A stretch of DNA of 39,634 bases from Octopus bimaculoides. Taxonomy: Eukaryota. The DNA lies in assembly GCF_001194135.2 (NCBI RefSeq), contig NC_068984.1, forward strand, positions 35,376,400 through 35,416,033, read 5' to 3'. The notes beneath the pieces were generated by a model that worked only from the letters and a program-made list of their open reading frames with translations, was not told the origin of the DNA and ran no database searches. Below, one piece after another: positions 1 to 12,949 of this stretch; within the stretch, counting starts at the first letter, position 1; every line of letters starts with the position of its first letter. The position numbers were made by a program, and so were the translations under genes.

Positions 1-94
1 TATATATATATATATGTACGTATATATATTTATATGAGGCGTATGTGTCTTCGTCTGTGCGTATTGTCTCCCAGGTCCTACTGTAGAGTTGCCC

Positions 95-431
95 CTCCAT
101 AACTACGTCCTTAGTTTACGTAACATAATCTTCCAAATATAATCAGGAGCAATAATATCCACACAACAACATTATATTATGTCCAAATTTCCCACCAAAT
201 ATATTCAAACTAAATTCAAATGACAATGAAATTTTCCCCAAAATACAATCTACGTGCTCCGAAACTTTCTGTAAAGTCATATGCATGTGAATTCCCTGTC
301 ATATTATGCACCACACAAAACGATAAATCGTCAAACTGCAATAAACGTATAAAGTTAGCAATAATGATAGCTATCAATAACCCTTGTGATAAATATATTG
401 AAGAAATGTTTGGTGTGAACCATGAAACCAT
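95..431 (-). pseudogene. Possible decayed class A GPCR fragment (TM4-ECL2-TM5-like)
   Basis: ORF 216-431 reads LLIAIIIANFIRLLQF..HNMTGNSHAYDFTESFGARRLY. It loosely resembles the TM4 N(I)PRFFEY motif plus ECL2 N.T..T.FG..Y of FMRFamide-receptor-like GPCRs. After stops, the same frame gives hydrophobic VVVWILLLLIIF. Judged by eye only. Confidence 0.2.
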
Positions 432-1339
432 TTTAGTATCAATATGCGCTCACAATACGATAAGCGAAAATCAAACAGAACCGGAAACATATCGCTTCAT
501 ATATATATATATAAATACATAAATTCAGTAAATACATATCCCAATAAAAGTAAGATATCAAGGTACTTTGAAAACTAATGTCTCAGAAAAACATATACCA
601 TTGAGACCATAAATATTAGGGTTGATGTAGTTACATAGAGAATATATTTAAAAATAACTAATGAAATCGATATTTTAACCTATGAGTGGGGTATCGTTTA
701 CTACTTTTACCATACAGGATTTTGAGTTTCGCCTGTTATTAATGCGCTATACATCTGCGACCACTGTCTCATCATGTACAAAACCTTTAAAGTATTCCTC
801 GTCAAACTGTAATATGAAAAGGCACTTATTAATTGTTTTTGCTTCAGCTTAATGGGGAATGGATTGCTTTATATTAATGTACTAAAATTTCGTGTTAGGA
901 CTGTATACAAAAGTTGCCAGCTCAGGAGGAATAACTATGAAATAAAAGTTACACTATTTCTACCTACTGTGATCATTGAAACTTTAGAAATAAAAATTGT
1001 TATTGAAATCTTCCCTCACCGCATATACTATCAGGCTATTAGTATTTCTCAAAATATGTAGAGAATATGCTCTGAACTAGGGAATGCCAATTGATTTATA
1101 ATAATACCCATTGCAAGCTAAAATCTTTCTCAATATCATAGAATTACAGTCTTATACTTAAACAAAAATGATGTTACATTTAAGAACTTATGATAATAGT
1201 AAATTAAAAAGAACTGACGACCATGCATTTTTATACATAAATTTCAGATGGAATGAAATTATAAGCAAATCTCAAAGAAAAAAGACAAATTCGTTAACGG
1301 AAAACTCCAAAGAGAAGATTTTTTCTAAAGAAATATTGA

Positions 1340-1531
1340 TTCTAAATTTTGGAAAAAGACGAGCAAGTTCTGCATAGTGGGGAAGTCGATTACTAGTGTT
1401 AATTTTATCCACCCCGAAATAGACGGAATGCAAAGACGATCCTACCAGAATTTCAATTCAGAACGTAAAGTCAGGCGAAATGTCGCTAAGCACTTCGTCC
1501 AGCGCAGTAACCATTCTGTCAGCTCGTCGCG
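1340..1531 (-). mobile_element. tRNA-derived SINE, Nin-domain-like family (degraded copy)
   Basis: Diverged match to the better copy at 4325-4558 (gaatttcaattcagaacgtaaag...cgctaagcacttcgtccagcgc...agctcgtcgc). Confidence 0.7.
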
Positions 1532-1860
1532 TTCTCTATTAAAGAAATAGTATTGTGCTTTCTGTTATAGTTTCACTGACACTTCTTTGATTCCTTAACC
1601 ATTATCAACGAATCTTTAATCTTTGGATATTCAAGATTCTGCCCATCTTTGTAATTGCAGCATGTTTAATCTGTTCCGTCACATTTATATGATTTTGTAA
1701 AACTTTAGTTTATGATGCTAAGGTTCCCATTAGAAAATAAAAAGAAAGAAAGAAAACCAGAGCTACTGAGCGTATTCTTAAAATAAATGTAAAATATCTA
1801 CCCAAGACAAATGTATACATGGAAACAAAGAACGCTCGAAAGCATGTCACCACTTCATCA

Positions 1861-1869
1861 CTTTCTCTC

Positions 1870-1910
<41 letters not shown>

Positions 1911-1922
1911 ATATATATATAT
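1861..1922. repeat. (CT)n + (AT)n compound microsatellite
   Basis: Directly visible. Confidence 0.95.
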
Positions 1923-1925
1923 AGT

Positions 1926-2383
1926 AATGTTTATATGCCAATAGATTGTGACAGGCTTATAAAGGATGATGTTACTATTGTTACAGCCCCAGGAAAACAT
2001 CTCCAGCTGGCTATCGACACACACTTTTTGTTCGTATAACATTCGCAAGCAGATTATCGCTGCTATCACTAGCCTCATCTGATACTCAAAGACCCAGGTT
2101 TCTAGGTGGCTACCTGTCCTCAAAGTGAGACAATCACGAGCCAATGACAAAAGCTTTCTCGACTCCCTAATGCTGTATACATTTTAAGCGACGCACAGTC
2201 GTTGAAATAGTATAAAGAAAAACATCTTGTTTTAAATCTCTGAGTGAGAGATATACAGCAGCAGTAACAAATATGTATGTTTATATGTCAACAGAATGTG
2301 GCAGCCTTATAAAGGATGATGTTACTGTTGCCATAGCACCAGGAAACCATATTTTCCAGATGGCTATCGACACACAGTTTGTG
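1926..2383 (+). repeat. ~105-bp diverged direct duplication (about 1926-2031 and 2277-2383)
   Basis: atgtttatatgccaatagattgtgacaggcttataaaggatgatgttactattgttacagccccaggaaaacat...gatggctatcgacacaca-like sequence recurs about 350 bp downstream with substitutions. Confidence 0.85.
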
Positions 2384-2384
2384 T

Positions 2385-2932
2385 CCATATAGAATGACGT
2401 GAATGCAATATATGAGTGGGCAAATAAGAATAATATGTAGTTCAATGCCGCAAAATTTCAAGCACTCCGCTATCAGCCCACAAACAAACTACAACTGAAT
2501 TTCATGAGACCAGCAGGCAATGTAATCCCAGAATAAGAGTCAGCTGGGAATCCACATGAGAAACAACGCAACTTTCCATGTGCACATTGCTCAGATGATA
2601 TCATTAAACAGGCGGATAAGAGGTTGGATTCTTAGATCCTTCAGGATCAGGAACAGAGACACAATGCTTCTACTTTGGAGAATGTTTGTGATCAGTCGTC
2701 TGGCCACCACAGAGCGTAAAATTAATTGCGGAAGTAGAGGCAACCCAACGCCACTACACAAAGAATATAGACAGATTATTTACATTATTTTCATTATTTA
2801 CATTCGATGGATATTTGTCCTCATCTTGTTTCTTGTTAAGGCAACGTTTCGGCTGATATACCCTCCAGCCTTCTTCAGGTGTTTTGGGGGAAATTTCGAA
2901 CCTGGGTTCACATATCTAAGGTATTTTTGATG

Positions 2933-2990
<58 letters not shown>

Positions 2991-3063
2991 CGGGGTTACT
3001 AACCCCAAAATTCCGAGTTCGATTCCAAGCAGTGACCTGAACAACAACAACAACAACAACAAC

Positions 3064-3094
<31 letters not shown>

Positions 3095-3700
3095 TCGAAA
3101 AATACCTTAGGAATACGAACCGAGGTTCAAAATTTCCCCAAGACACCTGAAGAAGGCTGGAGGCGAAACGTTGTGTTAACAACAATCAAGATGAGGAAAA
3201 ATATCCGTCGAATGTAAATAATGTGAATAATGTACATAATTCCTCATCTCTTAAATATAGAACAAGATAGACTCAGTACAACACATAGGCGACTGGGAGA
3301 GGTTAAAGGAACTGGAACTCTACTCCCTGGAGAGGAGACGTGAGAGATATACAGTGCTATACATATGGAAAATAATGGAGGGTCAAGCTCCGAATTTCGG
3401 AATGGAAATCTACAACAATCCCCGAACCTGATGACACTACACAGTACCAAAGGTCCCATCTTCTCCATTGAGGATACAAACCCAATATTGTAATAGCTTG
3501 GGATTCGAGGGACCACAACTTTTTAATGTCTTACCACAGAACATCAAGGATCTGAAAGGTGTAAATATGGAAGTCTTGAAAAACTTCTAGACGGTTTTTC
3601 ATCTGCAATACCAGTTGAACCTATGTCGTGGCAGGAGACACACAGAAGAGCAGCAACGTCAAACTGGATACTTCACCAGAAGCAATACTGAAAAAATCAC
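2385..3700 (+). mobile_element. CR1/L2/Jockey-group LINE, ORF2 C-terminal remnant, interrupted by an insertion at 2773-3272
   Basis: Translations NAIYEWANKNNM*FNAAKFQAL, HIAQMISLNRRIRGWILRSF..MLLLWRMFVISRL, EVEATQRHYTKNID|SVQHIGDWERLKELELYSLERRRERYTVLYIWKIMEG and GPQLFNVLP match the conserved post-RT region of these LINEs. The frame rejoins across the insertion. Confidence 0.85.
2773..3272. mobile_element. 500-bp palindromic insertion: two inverted copies of a SINE/Penelope-tail-like element around a tRNA B-box spacer, flanked by 6-bp TSD ATAGAC
   Basis: Arms ~2775-2990 and ~3048-3240 are reverse complements (ctccagccttcttcaggtg 2863-2881 vs cacctgaagaaggctggag 3144-3162; (ATT)n vs (AAT)n). 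B-box-like gagttcgattcc at 3015-3026. atagac at 2767-2772 and 3267-3272. Confidence 0.85.
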
Positions 3701-3794
3701 TGGATAAAGTAAAGGCGGTGCACCAGCATGGCCTCAACCTCTGGCTGAAACCCCATAAAAGATAAAGGATAAAAGATATATATATATATATATA

Positions 3795-4223
3795 TTCTTT
3801 TACTAATTTATTCTTTTACTTGTTTCAATCATTTGACTGCGGGCATGTTGGAGCACCACCTTATAGGTTCTTTTTTAGTCGAATAAATCGACCTCAGGAT
3901 TCATTTTTTTGTATGGCTAGTACTTATTCTACCATTCTCTATTTCGGAATCGCTAACTTACGGAAAGGGAAACACACAAACATCGTTTGTCAAGCGACGG
4001 TGGGGGTGGGGGAACAAAAACAGATACACAAACAAATACACACATATGTAATTATATATACGACGGGCTTCTTTCAGTTCACATCTACCAAATCAACTCA
4101 CAAGGGTTTGGTCGGCCCGAAGCTATAGTACTAGACATTTGCCCAAGGTTCCGCGCAGTTGGACTGAACCCGGAACCATGCGGTTGAGAATCAAGCTTCT
4201 TATCACACAGCTACGTCTGCGCC
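3795..4223 (-). mobile_element. tRNA-derived SINE (family A; octopus-type, CORE-like ttgggcaa segment) with internal microsatellite
   Basis: Reverse complement starts ggcgcagacgtagctgtgtgataagaagc...ggttcagtcc (A/B-box-like), then ccttgggcaaatgtct, and ends aagtaaaagaataaa. Homologous to 7241-7674. Confidence 0.85.
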
Positions 4224-4324
4224 TTGTTTTTATATATACATATATATGCAAAGAGACAGTCAGAAAATGATGAATATGTATATATATATATATATATATA
4301 TACGCACATATTTATATTTATACT

Positions 4325-4558
4325 TTATTTCTTTACTACCAACAAGGGGCTACACACATAGGGGACAAACAAGGACAGACAAACGGATTAAGTCGATTAT
4401 ACCGACCCCAGTGCGTAACTGGTACTTATTTAATCGACCCCGAAAGGATGAAAGGCAGAGTCGACCTCGGCGGAATTTGAACTCAGAACGTAGCAATAGA
4501 CGAAATACCGCTAAGCATTTCGCCCGGCGTGCTAACGTTTCTGCCAGCTCGCCGCCTT
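4325..4558 (-). mobile_element. tRNA-derived SINE (family B; Nin-domain-like), best-preserved copy
   Basis: Reverse complement: ggcggcgagctggcagaaacgttagc head, B-box gagttcaaattcc (4472-4484), then gcctttcatcctttcggggtcgattaaataagtaccag, which resembles the Nin domain as I recall it. Four other copies in the window. Confidence 0.88.
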
Positions 4559-5397
4559 ATATATAGGTGTACATACGCCCTAATATATGTGTACATACAC
4601 ATAACTCTATGTTTATTATATCAGCATGTATATATATATATATATATATATACACGCACAAACATATTTATATTAATATATATGTGGACATACTCATTAT
4701 AACTATATGTCTATTTTATATGCATGCATATAAACATGTATATACGTACACACATATATACGCACTTTCATAAATGCATGCACATATTCATAAATATATG
4801 TGTCATTGTATGCTTCTGTCTTCGTGAGTTCATATGTAAGAATATCGTTTATATATATATATTGAAACCTTAATTTGTCTCGGATATTTATTCCTTAACC
4901 AATTTCCTGCAAACTGACCTCTATGAAGACGACTAAAATCAAAACCAGCATCGGTGTCAGGAGTTCAAATATTACAGACACAACTAAGATTGTTAAATTA
5001 TAGGTACTTACTTTGATAATACAGTTATTTTCTAATTGCCCTTTCACGAAATTGGAGAGAAGAATGTGAATTCTATATTCTAAAAACTGAAATGATATAC
5101 AAATTTGGTGCGTTATTGATTAGTTCTAGGAGAGATATTTAAATCTGAATCAATTACTGTTCGGTGAAAGAAGGAAAAATAGACTGTGATGGAAATTACT
5201 TGAATAAAAGCAGACAATATCAGCAAAGAAACGGGAAATGAACCAATGAGATGAAATAAAGAATAAGAGATAAGGGACTGATGAAACTGGACGAGAAATT
5301 ACAACCACAAAAAAAGAGAAATGAACAAAATATTATTGCGAACTATACAACAGAATCATAAAATACAAATAAAATGAAGACAAAATGTTATACAGCC

Positions 5398-5453
5398 GAT
5401 ATATATATATATATGTGTGTGTGAGTGTGTATGTGTGTATACATGTATATAGG

Positions 5454-5486
<33 letters not shown>

Positions 5487-5563
5487 NNNNNNNNNNNNNN
5501 NNNNNNNNNNNNNNNNNNNNNNNNNNNNNNNNNNNNNTATATGTACATCTCTCTTTCTCTCTC

Positions 5564-5618
<55 letters not shown>

Positions 5619-5626
5619 TTCTCTCT
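5398..5626. repeat. (TA)n/(TG)n/(CT)n microsatellites spanning N-gap 5487-5537
   Basis: Directly visible. Confidence 0.95.
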
Positions 5627-6175
5627 GAGGGGGTACACAAAAGAAACCGAAATTTTGCAATATTATTTTATTCACTTAGTTTTGCATGTTTACACTTGTA
5701 CTGCTTTCAAAGTATTCGCCATTCGAAGCAATGCATGTGTCCAGACACATTTTCTACTGATCGAAGCAGTCCTGAAACTCTCGCGATATGATGCCATTTC
5801 ACGCCTCCGTCATTTTTTCTTCACCTCTTCCACATCTGCAAAGTGTTTTCATTTAAGTACAGCTTTCATTCGGGGGAGCAAAGACAGTTGCTGGCTACAT
5901 GATCGGATGAAAGGGAGGGTGGGTAACCGGGATCATGCCATTTTGGTCAAAAATTGTCTCACACTCAAGGCAGTGTGTCCAGACGCAATATCGTGATGAA
6001 ACCACCACTCCACGCTTTGTCGCAGGTCAAGGCGTTTTCATCTCAGCGCATCTCGTAAATGCTTCAATACTGCTTAGTAACATTTCTGGATAACAGCTTG
6101 ACCAGAAGTAACAAATCCATGCGGACAATTCCTTTGGCATCAATTCCTTTTGCATACCTAGATACATACCAGCAT
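5627..6175 (-). mobile_element. mariner transposon remnant (transposase C-terminal half and 3' TIR)
   Basis: Minus-strand translation with frameshifts: DAKGIVRMDL.., HTALSVRQFLTKNGMIPVTHPP, PRMKAVLK*KHFADVEEVKKK, FQDCFDQ*KMCLDTCIASNGEYFE. These match the mariner HPPYSPDLAP region and C-terminus. TIR-like gaggggtacacaaaagaaaccgaaattt at 5627. Confidence 0.9.
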
Positions 6176-7240
6176 AGGAGATTAGAATTCTTGCCATCAC
6201 CAACTGACGATCTCTATAAAATCAACAAAATTATCTGGTTATCACATCCGTTGTGTGGAAAGGCTAAGATAGATTTAATCAACTAATTCTACACTGGTAG
6301 ACAAATATTTTACAGTCTACCAAAGCAATAGAAACTGCATTTTACTAGACCCGTGCATCTAATATGAAATTATCTTGCCCTGAAATTCCTCATCTTAACA
6401 TGACAGATTGTAGATAAATATATGGTAACTGTGCAACGAACCTATTTCGCGTATTCTATAAGACAATAGGTTTATGTGTTTTACGTTTCATGCTTTATTT
6501 ATTGGTGATATTTAGCATTACGGCAACATTTGTAAAAGGGTAAAGAAATTCCAATATATTATGTGCAAAATAGGATGAGCAACTTAATGTTATTGTCAAG
6601 AAATTAAATATGAATTTACGTTGAATTAATATTAATAGCTTAGATCGAATTCCATGAATTAATATAATGTAAAAATTTATAAATGTTTCAATGCATACCG
6701 CAAATTTACGAGGAACGTGAATATATAATAGAAATGATTCTCCATATTGTTTACATTAAAAGTAAATTTAATTAATTTTGCTTCATAAATGCTTACCATT
6801 TTTTTTCTGGCGTGATACCACTGCTGTCAATGTCTCTCAGATGTTTCTCTTATCTGATATTTATACACCTCTGTTATTAAAAATAAAGTGCAATCATAAG
6901 TGAGTAGCTGCCTCCATTTAGCTTGAAGGTGCGGTTGGTTGGTTAGTTGAATGTTTTACTTTCCCAATGATCTGTTAAGAGTTTGCCTAATATTATTTGT
7001 ATTTATTTCATTTAATGTAACACATGTATCAAGTAGCATAATGGATATGTCTAAAAATATATAACTTTCACATCTTTCTCAAACGTAACCAACCATCCAT
7101 TCATACTGTCATGCATACTTCCTTCTGATCATATATGGAGAACGATTTATTACGAATATGCATTTCATGCTGTATTTGTTGGACAGTGGTATTGTATCGT
7201 TTAAAAAAAAAATAGAAACACAATGTATTATAATATTAGC

Positions 7241-7674
<434 letters not shown>

Positions 7675-8159
7675 TTACAAAAGTGTGTATACTTTTTTCA
7701 ACTATTTGAAAATGCAAGTAAAAGGGTACCATAACATATCACGTGCAAGAATACATGTAGACGCTACATGGCTGCGAATGTGCTCAGGTCGTGCACTAAG
7801 AAATTCTTGTGCATTTAAGTTCAATTCAAATGCGCTTCGAAATAAACAAGTTAACTCTAAAATATATACAGGTGAGCCAATGCCTTGGCAGTAAAATGTT
7901 TTACTGAATTTCATGTAGATGTGTGTGTGTGTGTGTGCGTGAGTGTGTATGTGTGCGTGACTGTGACTGTGTGTGGGCGCATGCATGTATGTGTGTGCGA
8001 ATGTAGATATGTATATATATATTTGTTGTTGAAAGCTATTGATAATGAAGGGACAGCAATACTTATACTTTATATATTTAAATGGATTATATGTTTATTT
8101 TAAGTGCTGAAATTTACATTGGCATGCAATTTTGTGTATTATTCCCTGAGAATTTAGCA

Positions 8160-8290
8160 CTATCTGTCTATCTCTATATCTATCTATTTATCTATCTGTC
8201 TATCTATTTTTCTATCTATCTACCTACTAACCTACCTGCCTACCTATCAACCTATCTGCATGTCTGTCTATTTATCTGTCTGTTTATGCA
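8160..8290. repeat. Degenerate (TATC)n/(CTAC)n tetranucleotide repeat
   Basis: Directly visible. Confidence 0.85.
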
Positions 8291-8990
8291 TCCATATACA
8301 TATACATACATATATGAGTGTATGTATGCATAAATGATAGCGAACTTGCAATGGCAGTTGTACGGTGCATCATATCTATAAATCTACATATCCCTGACGT
8401 CTCCTTCACGCACTTGCAATACATCTTCCCCACAAAAAATTAAGATGTGACAGTACATATGCTCACATATCTATTTTCGCTAATGCTTAACTTGTTTCAC
8501 CATTCAATTTCTGCAACGTGGAGCATTAGAACTCTTTTGGCGAATGTAAATATTTATGAGCGTTCAGATATTTCCTTCAAAGTGTATGACAAAACAAGCA
8601 ATAGCTTGTGTGAACTTGTAGTTCAGATTGTTGCATCCCGTGGTTTCTCTAAGTAGCTTGTTGGATTGCACGCGCATTTAGCAAGTTGTAAATACCGTAA
8701 ATTAATTACGTATTGTTATATAATTAGTTTCCCATTTATTTCGCCTAATGCTGTGTTTATGCACTAAATATTTCTAATTCATACTCTCGTGTAATTTTAT
8801 AATGGCACAATCTAACTGAGTAAAAAGCTGGAAAAATATCAGGCATAGATAGAAAATTGAATAATCAATACACACGGCAATAACATGTATTTCAGAAGGA
8901 AAGTTTGAAGGTTATAAATTGATTGAACAGAATCTGAAATTTACACAGAAAAAGATGTTCTATTTCTTTCTAGGTCACTGATTCAGTATT

Positions 8991-9992
8991 TCACCTCATT
9001 GTCTTTTGGTAACTATTCATCCAATTCAAACTAAAGATAAATTCGCTCAAATTTTTAAGCAGATTCGTTAGTGTTCTTAATGTTTCTATGGTCAAAATGT
9101 TGAAGAGAATATTCCAACTGTTATCTAAAATGTCGATGAGGTCAGCAGTTATATAAACTGTTATTCCAGTAGCTTCGCTCTGTTGCCAGTAATGTACAGA
9201 AGAAGTAATTATGTAAATTACTAAAATCAAGATGGAACTTTAACTAATAGCATGTCGTTTTTATCCACTTAGAGCATAAAGGACTGTAAGCTAGTGATAA
9301 GCTAGACAGCTGCAATATGAAGAATGAATAATTGTAAAATTAAATATATATTTTTACACGTTATATCTCATGAATACACCCGTTGGCAATCTTCTAAAAC
9401 ATATTCTCCACCGTGAAGAGTTTATATGATTCTCTAACGCAAGATTATTAAAAATAGCTTAGTAATATCAAAGTCTAAGTACTTGAGAAGAGACTAATAT
9501 ATGAATTTTGTAAACTAAATATCAAGTGACATAAACCACTTTTCAGTAATGGGTGTAGTTCCAAAGTGCATCATTACGTTCATGTCGATGTGTCTATATT
9601 TCAATCATAACGTATTGGTTACTAAGTATAATTTATTAAATATCAACTGTTCATAACAAATATTTCTCTACGTTTTATTATATTTACTTGCGCAAAGGAT
9701 CATAAAAGAATGATCTTTAAACTTCTTAAAACATATTCCGACTATGTTAATTCAGCTTAGCACATATTTGGAGTCGAGAAATAATGTACCATTCAAATGC
9801 TGGAGTTAATTTCATCGATTGTACACTAATATGTCATTTTCTGCTGGCAGACGGCTTCAGCGTTGTGAATGTGCCGAACACAATGCTTGCGTTAATTAGC
9901 CACGACATTAATGCATCCTACCAGAATTGTAAATGAAATAACAGCCATTCATGTACTAGACGGATTGAATCAGCTTGCGTAACATTGGACAT
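8991..9992 (-). pseudogene. Candidate full-length decayed single-exon class A GPCR (FMRFamide/peptide-receptor-like)
   Basis: Motifs in the expected order over ~1 kb: MSNVT start (ATG 9992); TM1-like AVISFTILVGCINVVAN/NASIVFG; TM3-like TPITEKW; TM4-like LPRVYS* with a 1-nt indel (9363-9389); TM6-like MLLVKV..ILILVIYII; TM7/H8-like ADLIDILDNSWNILFNILTIETLR (9075-9122). Many stops and frameshifts. Confidence 0.35.
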
Positions 9993-10419
9993 ATTAAGTG
10001 GCTTGAGCTTTATTAAGGAAGTTATTTGATTCACTTGCATGAACGGCTGCTGTGATATATGGAGCTGCCCATTTTTTTGTAAGGTAAGTATATTATAGAC
10101 ACTGCTCCGGTACGCGGCGGCAAAAAAATTTGTTTGTAAATTCGCGTAATACGTGTCGACTATTTTTCGTCAATGTTGTGCCTTGCATAATCTTCACTTA
10201 CAATTATGAACATAATATATGGCTCTTTCAATATATTCATAGCATTTTGGCTGACTAAAAATAAGCATTGGGAATATCTTCCTATACCAAAGCAAAGAAC
10301 AAATGTTGAATTGTTTACTCATGACACTGTGCAATGGTTTGTTTGTTTGTTTTTCGTTTTTTTTTATTGATTTTGATAACTATTTCGTTGGTATTAGTAT
10401 ACATGCATCTTTTTCGATT

Positions 10420-11925
10420 TCAATGAGCTAATCTTATATTATGCTAAAATCTTTTATAGAAACATTATGATTGCAAAGGATACTCATTTCGATATATAAA
10501 CAGATATGTTTGTCTTTCGCAACAATATCTAGCTTATTAGCATAGCTGGTTCGGTCTGTATGTACTGGAAAATCCCAAAGAATCGTTAAATGTTCTACCT
10601 CAGTGACAGCCTCAGGATGGTAATTATACCATTTGGTGGGAGCTTGGATTTCATAATGCAAATATATCAACCTATGCAGATATTGCCCAAATCTGTTGTA
10701 ACCTGATATATACTATACCGGTGCTAAAACTTTACATCCAGAGATTAAGTTGTCTACTGTTTAAATTTTATCATTTCAGAATTGGCACTTTTTGATCTAC
10801 TCCATCTATCATCACACTGGTTTGGTAGTCTCGGGTTAACAAGCTTTGATTTTTGAGAGAACTAAGCTTAGACCTTTGTCTTCTGCATTTAGCCCTTATC
10901 TGTGTAGCCACTGATTAGTGTGCATTTGGTCAACATCAACCTGTTTGCTACGGACCACATAATCCCCATGCATAGGTTCCTGCTCCTACCTGCCAGCCAA
11001 TCGTACCCGAACCTTTTCTTTGCCATTGATATCAGTTTCGTTGGAACGGCACTTGCCAAACCTCCTTCATAATGTTCAGGCTGTGTATGATTTTCTATAT
11101 CAACAGCACTTTTTTCTCTCTCTTAGATAAAGTGAAGCATCTTTGGACTCACGTGATTTTAACAAATTTTACCATCCATTGTTTCAAGAAATTTGACCCG
11201 TTCCAGTTGTGACGGTATGAAAGGTGTAACTGCATAAGGCCTTGTAAAGACAATGAACGTCTAGTTTAGTGGGTGCATCTTACTACAAGTCAGCAGTGTA
11301 CAGCTCTTTCTAACAATTTTTCTTATTTCAATATTTCAGTTTAACAACTATAACTCCTAAAGAATTTATGGCTAATACATTGTCAGGTGTATTTGGCTTT
11401 GATATAGGAACTGTCTTACACACCTATAACATGTCTCCGTGATCTCTTCTATGCTTACATGTTGAGTCTCAGAGCCTTTATTTATATCTAGGTATTTATA
11501 GGTGTGTTCCTGCTCAAGATATTAAAGCTGTTTCGACATCTGACAATACTGAGTTTGATGTTATCAAGTTCCCTTTCTTGAACGTGACCTAGACATATAT
11601 ATCACGACCAAACTCTATCACGATATCATCACTGAATGCTTTCACCGTATCTAATAACCCACCAGGCAGGCACATCATTGTTCTTGTTGCTGACTTAAGT
11701 GATGCTTATAAAGTAGATGACTTATTTTCCTGTTGTCAATTTTATAACCATACCATGTTCTGCTAAGTTCACTTGTAAGTAGTAATAAAGCTATGCAAAA
11801 AATTAGAGGTGAAAGTGAATCACCTTGGAAAATGTCACAGTTGATGTTCTTATTGTCTGAAGTTAATACACCGCTACAATAATATAATTGGAGATTCGTG
11901 TTTCTCAATGAGATATTATGCATTA
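10420..11925 (-). mobile_element. R4/Dong-clade (RLE-type) non-LTR retrotransposon remnant
   Basis: ORF 11675-11923 has the RT motif IFQGDSLSPLIFCIAL...GYKIDNRKISHLLY. ORF 10434-10670 has the restriction-like endonuclease motif ILWDFPVHTDRTSYANKLDIVAKDK. RT-then-RLE order is typical of the R2 group. Confidence 0.85.
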
Positions 11926-12195
11926 TGTTGTATTATACATTATACATTCTTATAAATTACGAGAAGAAATCGATGCGAGAACTTGGTATATAGACGTGTG
12001 AACGGGTGAACTAGAGCGGGTGGTTTGTCTGAAAAGAAGAATGAATGCAGAAATGTACATAATTTACTCAGCATTCAGATTTCTGATTTTGTATGTAATG
12101 GTCTGACAATATTAATGTAATATATACACGTTAGTTAATGTCCATGTAAAATTGAATATAGATAAACATGAAGAATATAAAAATCATTATATTGG

Positions 12196-12660
12196 ATGCA
12201 AACTAGGTCTAAAAATACTCCTTTCCTCACACTCAGTTATTGCAAAATTTCTATAATACGGGCGCAGAGATTGCGGCTGAATTTCACATATGTGCATCTC
12301 CAGCGTTTTCATTTCATCTCGAGGAATTTTAAGCCTGCATTTGAATGCAATGCAGTTCAATTAACTAAATTATGTTATGAATGATATGTTGACCAAAAAG
12401 AACGCGCAAGCATACAATTTCAAAAATAATTTAGCAACCAAAATTTTATTGAATTTTACATTGGATGGAAATATCTCTGCCAAATATATATTGAACTTTA
12501 GCAGGTTTCATTACACGTTGTGTGTTTGTACCAGGTATAATGGCATATTCATTACAGCCTATTCAATATGCAACTGGAATGCAAGTTCAATATCTCAATA
12601 TAGCTTCTCCATACACTGACAGCCTTCTATTTCCGATCAAATTCGAGAAGGATTGAAAAG
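12196..12660 (+). pseudogene. Candidate decayed class A GPCR, TM5-TM7 fragment
   Basis: PFLTLSYCKISIIRAQRLRL (TM5 end Y.KI...R.Q), ~60-codon loop, ATKILL (12434), LHWM (12456), then in the same frame YLNIASPYTDSLLFPIKF (12591; NPxxY-like). Order and spacing fit; needs frameshifts. Confidence 0.3.
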
Positions 12661-12949
12661 CGATTCCTAAATAAATAGACAAATTTTATGAAGCAAATTT
12701 AATGAACCTCAATATGAAATACTTTACATTATAAAATATATGAGAAATTGTATTGTCATTTAATGAATTATAATGTATTACTGTATGTTTTATAATAGTT
12801 AAATTACTTAACATTTGTTATTTATGTAGAAAGCATACGTTCACAAACGCTTTCGCCTCCCATTGCACTTTCTTACATGTATGTTTCTGTGTGTCTGGAG
12901 TATATGTCTTTGTCTCTGTCTGTAAAATTGCCAGCCTGTCTCTCATTTT

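Noticed and set aside
1710-1860. Hydrophobic ORF part CFRAFFVSMYTFVLGRYFTFILRIRSVALVFFLSFYFLMG, superficially TM3-TM4-like
   Set aside because: Only one short motif resemblance in A-rich low-complexity sequence, with no flanking TM segments in order.
2773-3272. Possible CRISPR-like or rho-independent terminator interpretation of inverted and short repeats
   Set aside because: The sequence is eukaryotic. There is no repeat-spacer array and no cas gene.
10081-10089. Strong splice donor AAG|GTAAGT
   Set aside because: No open exon with an acceptor upstream, and such motifs are frequent by chance. A host gene with tiny exons cannot be excluded.
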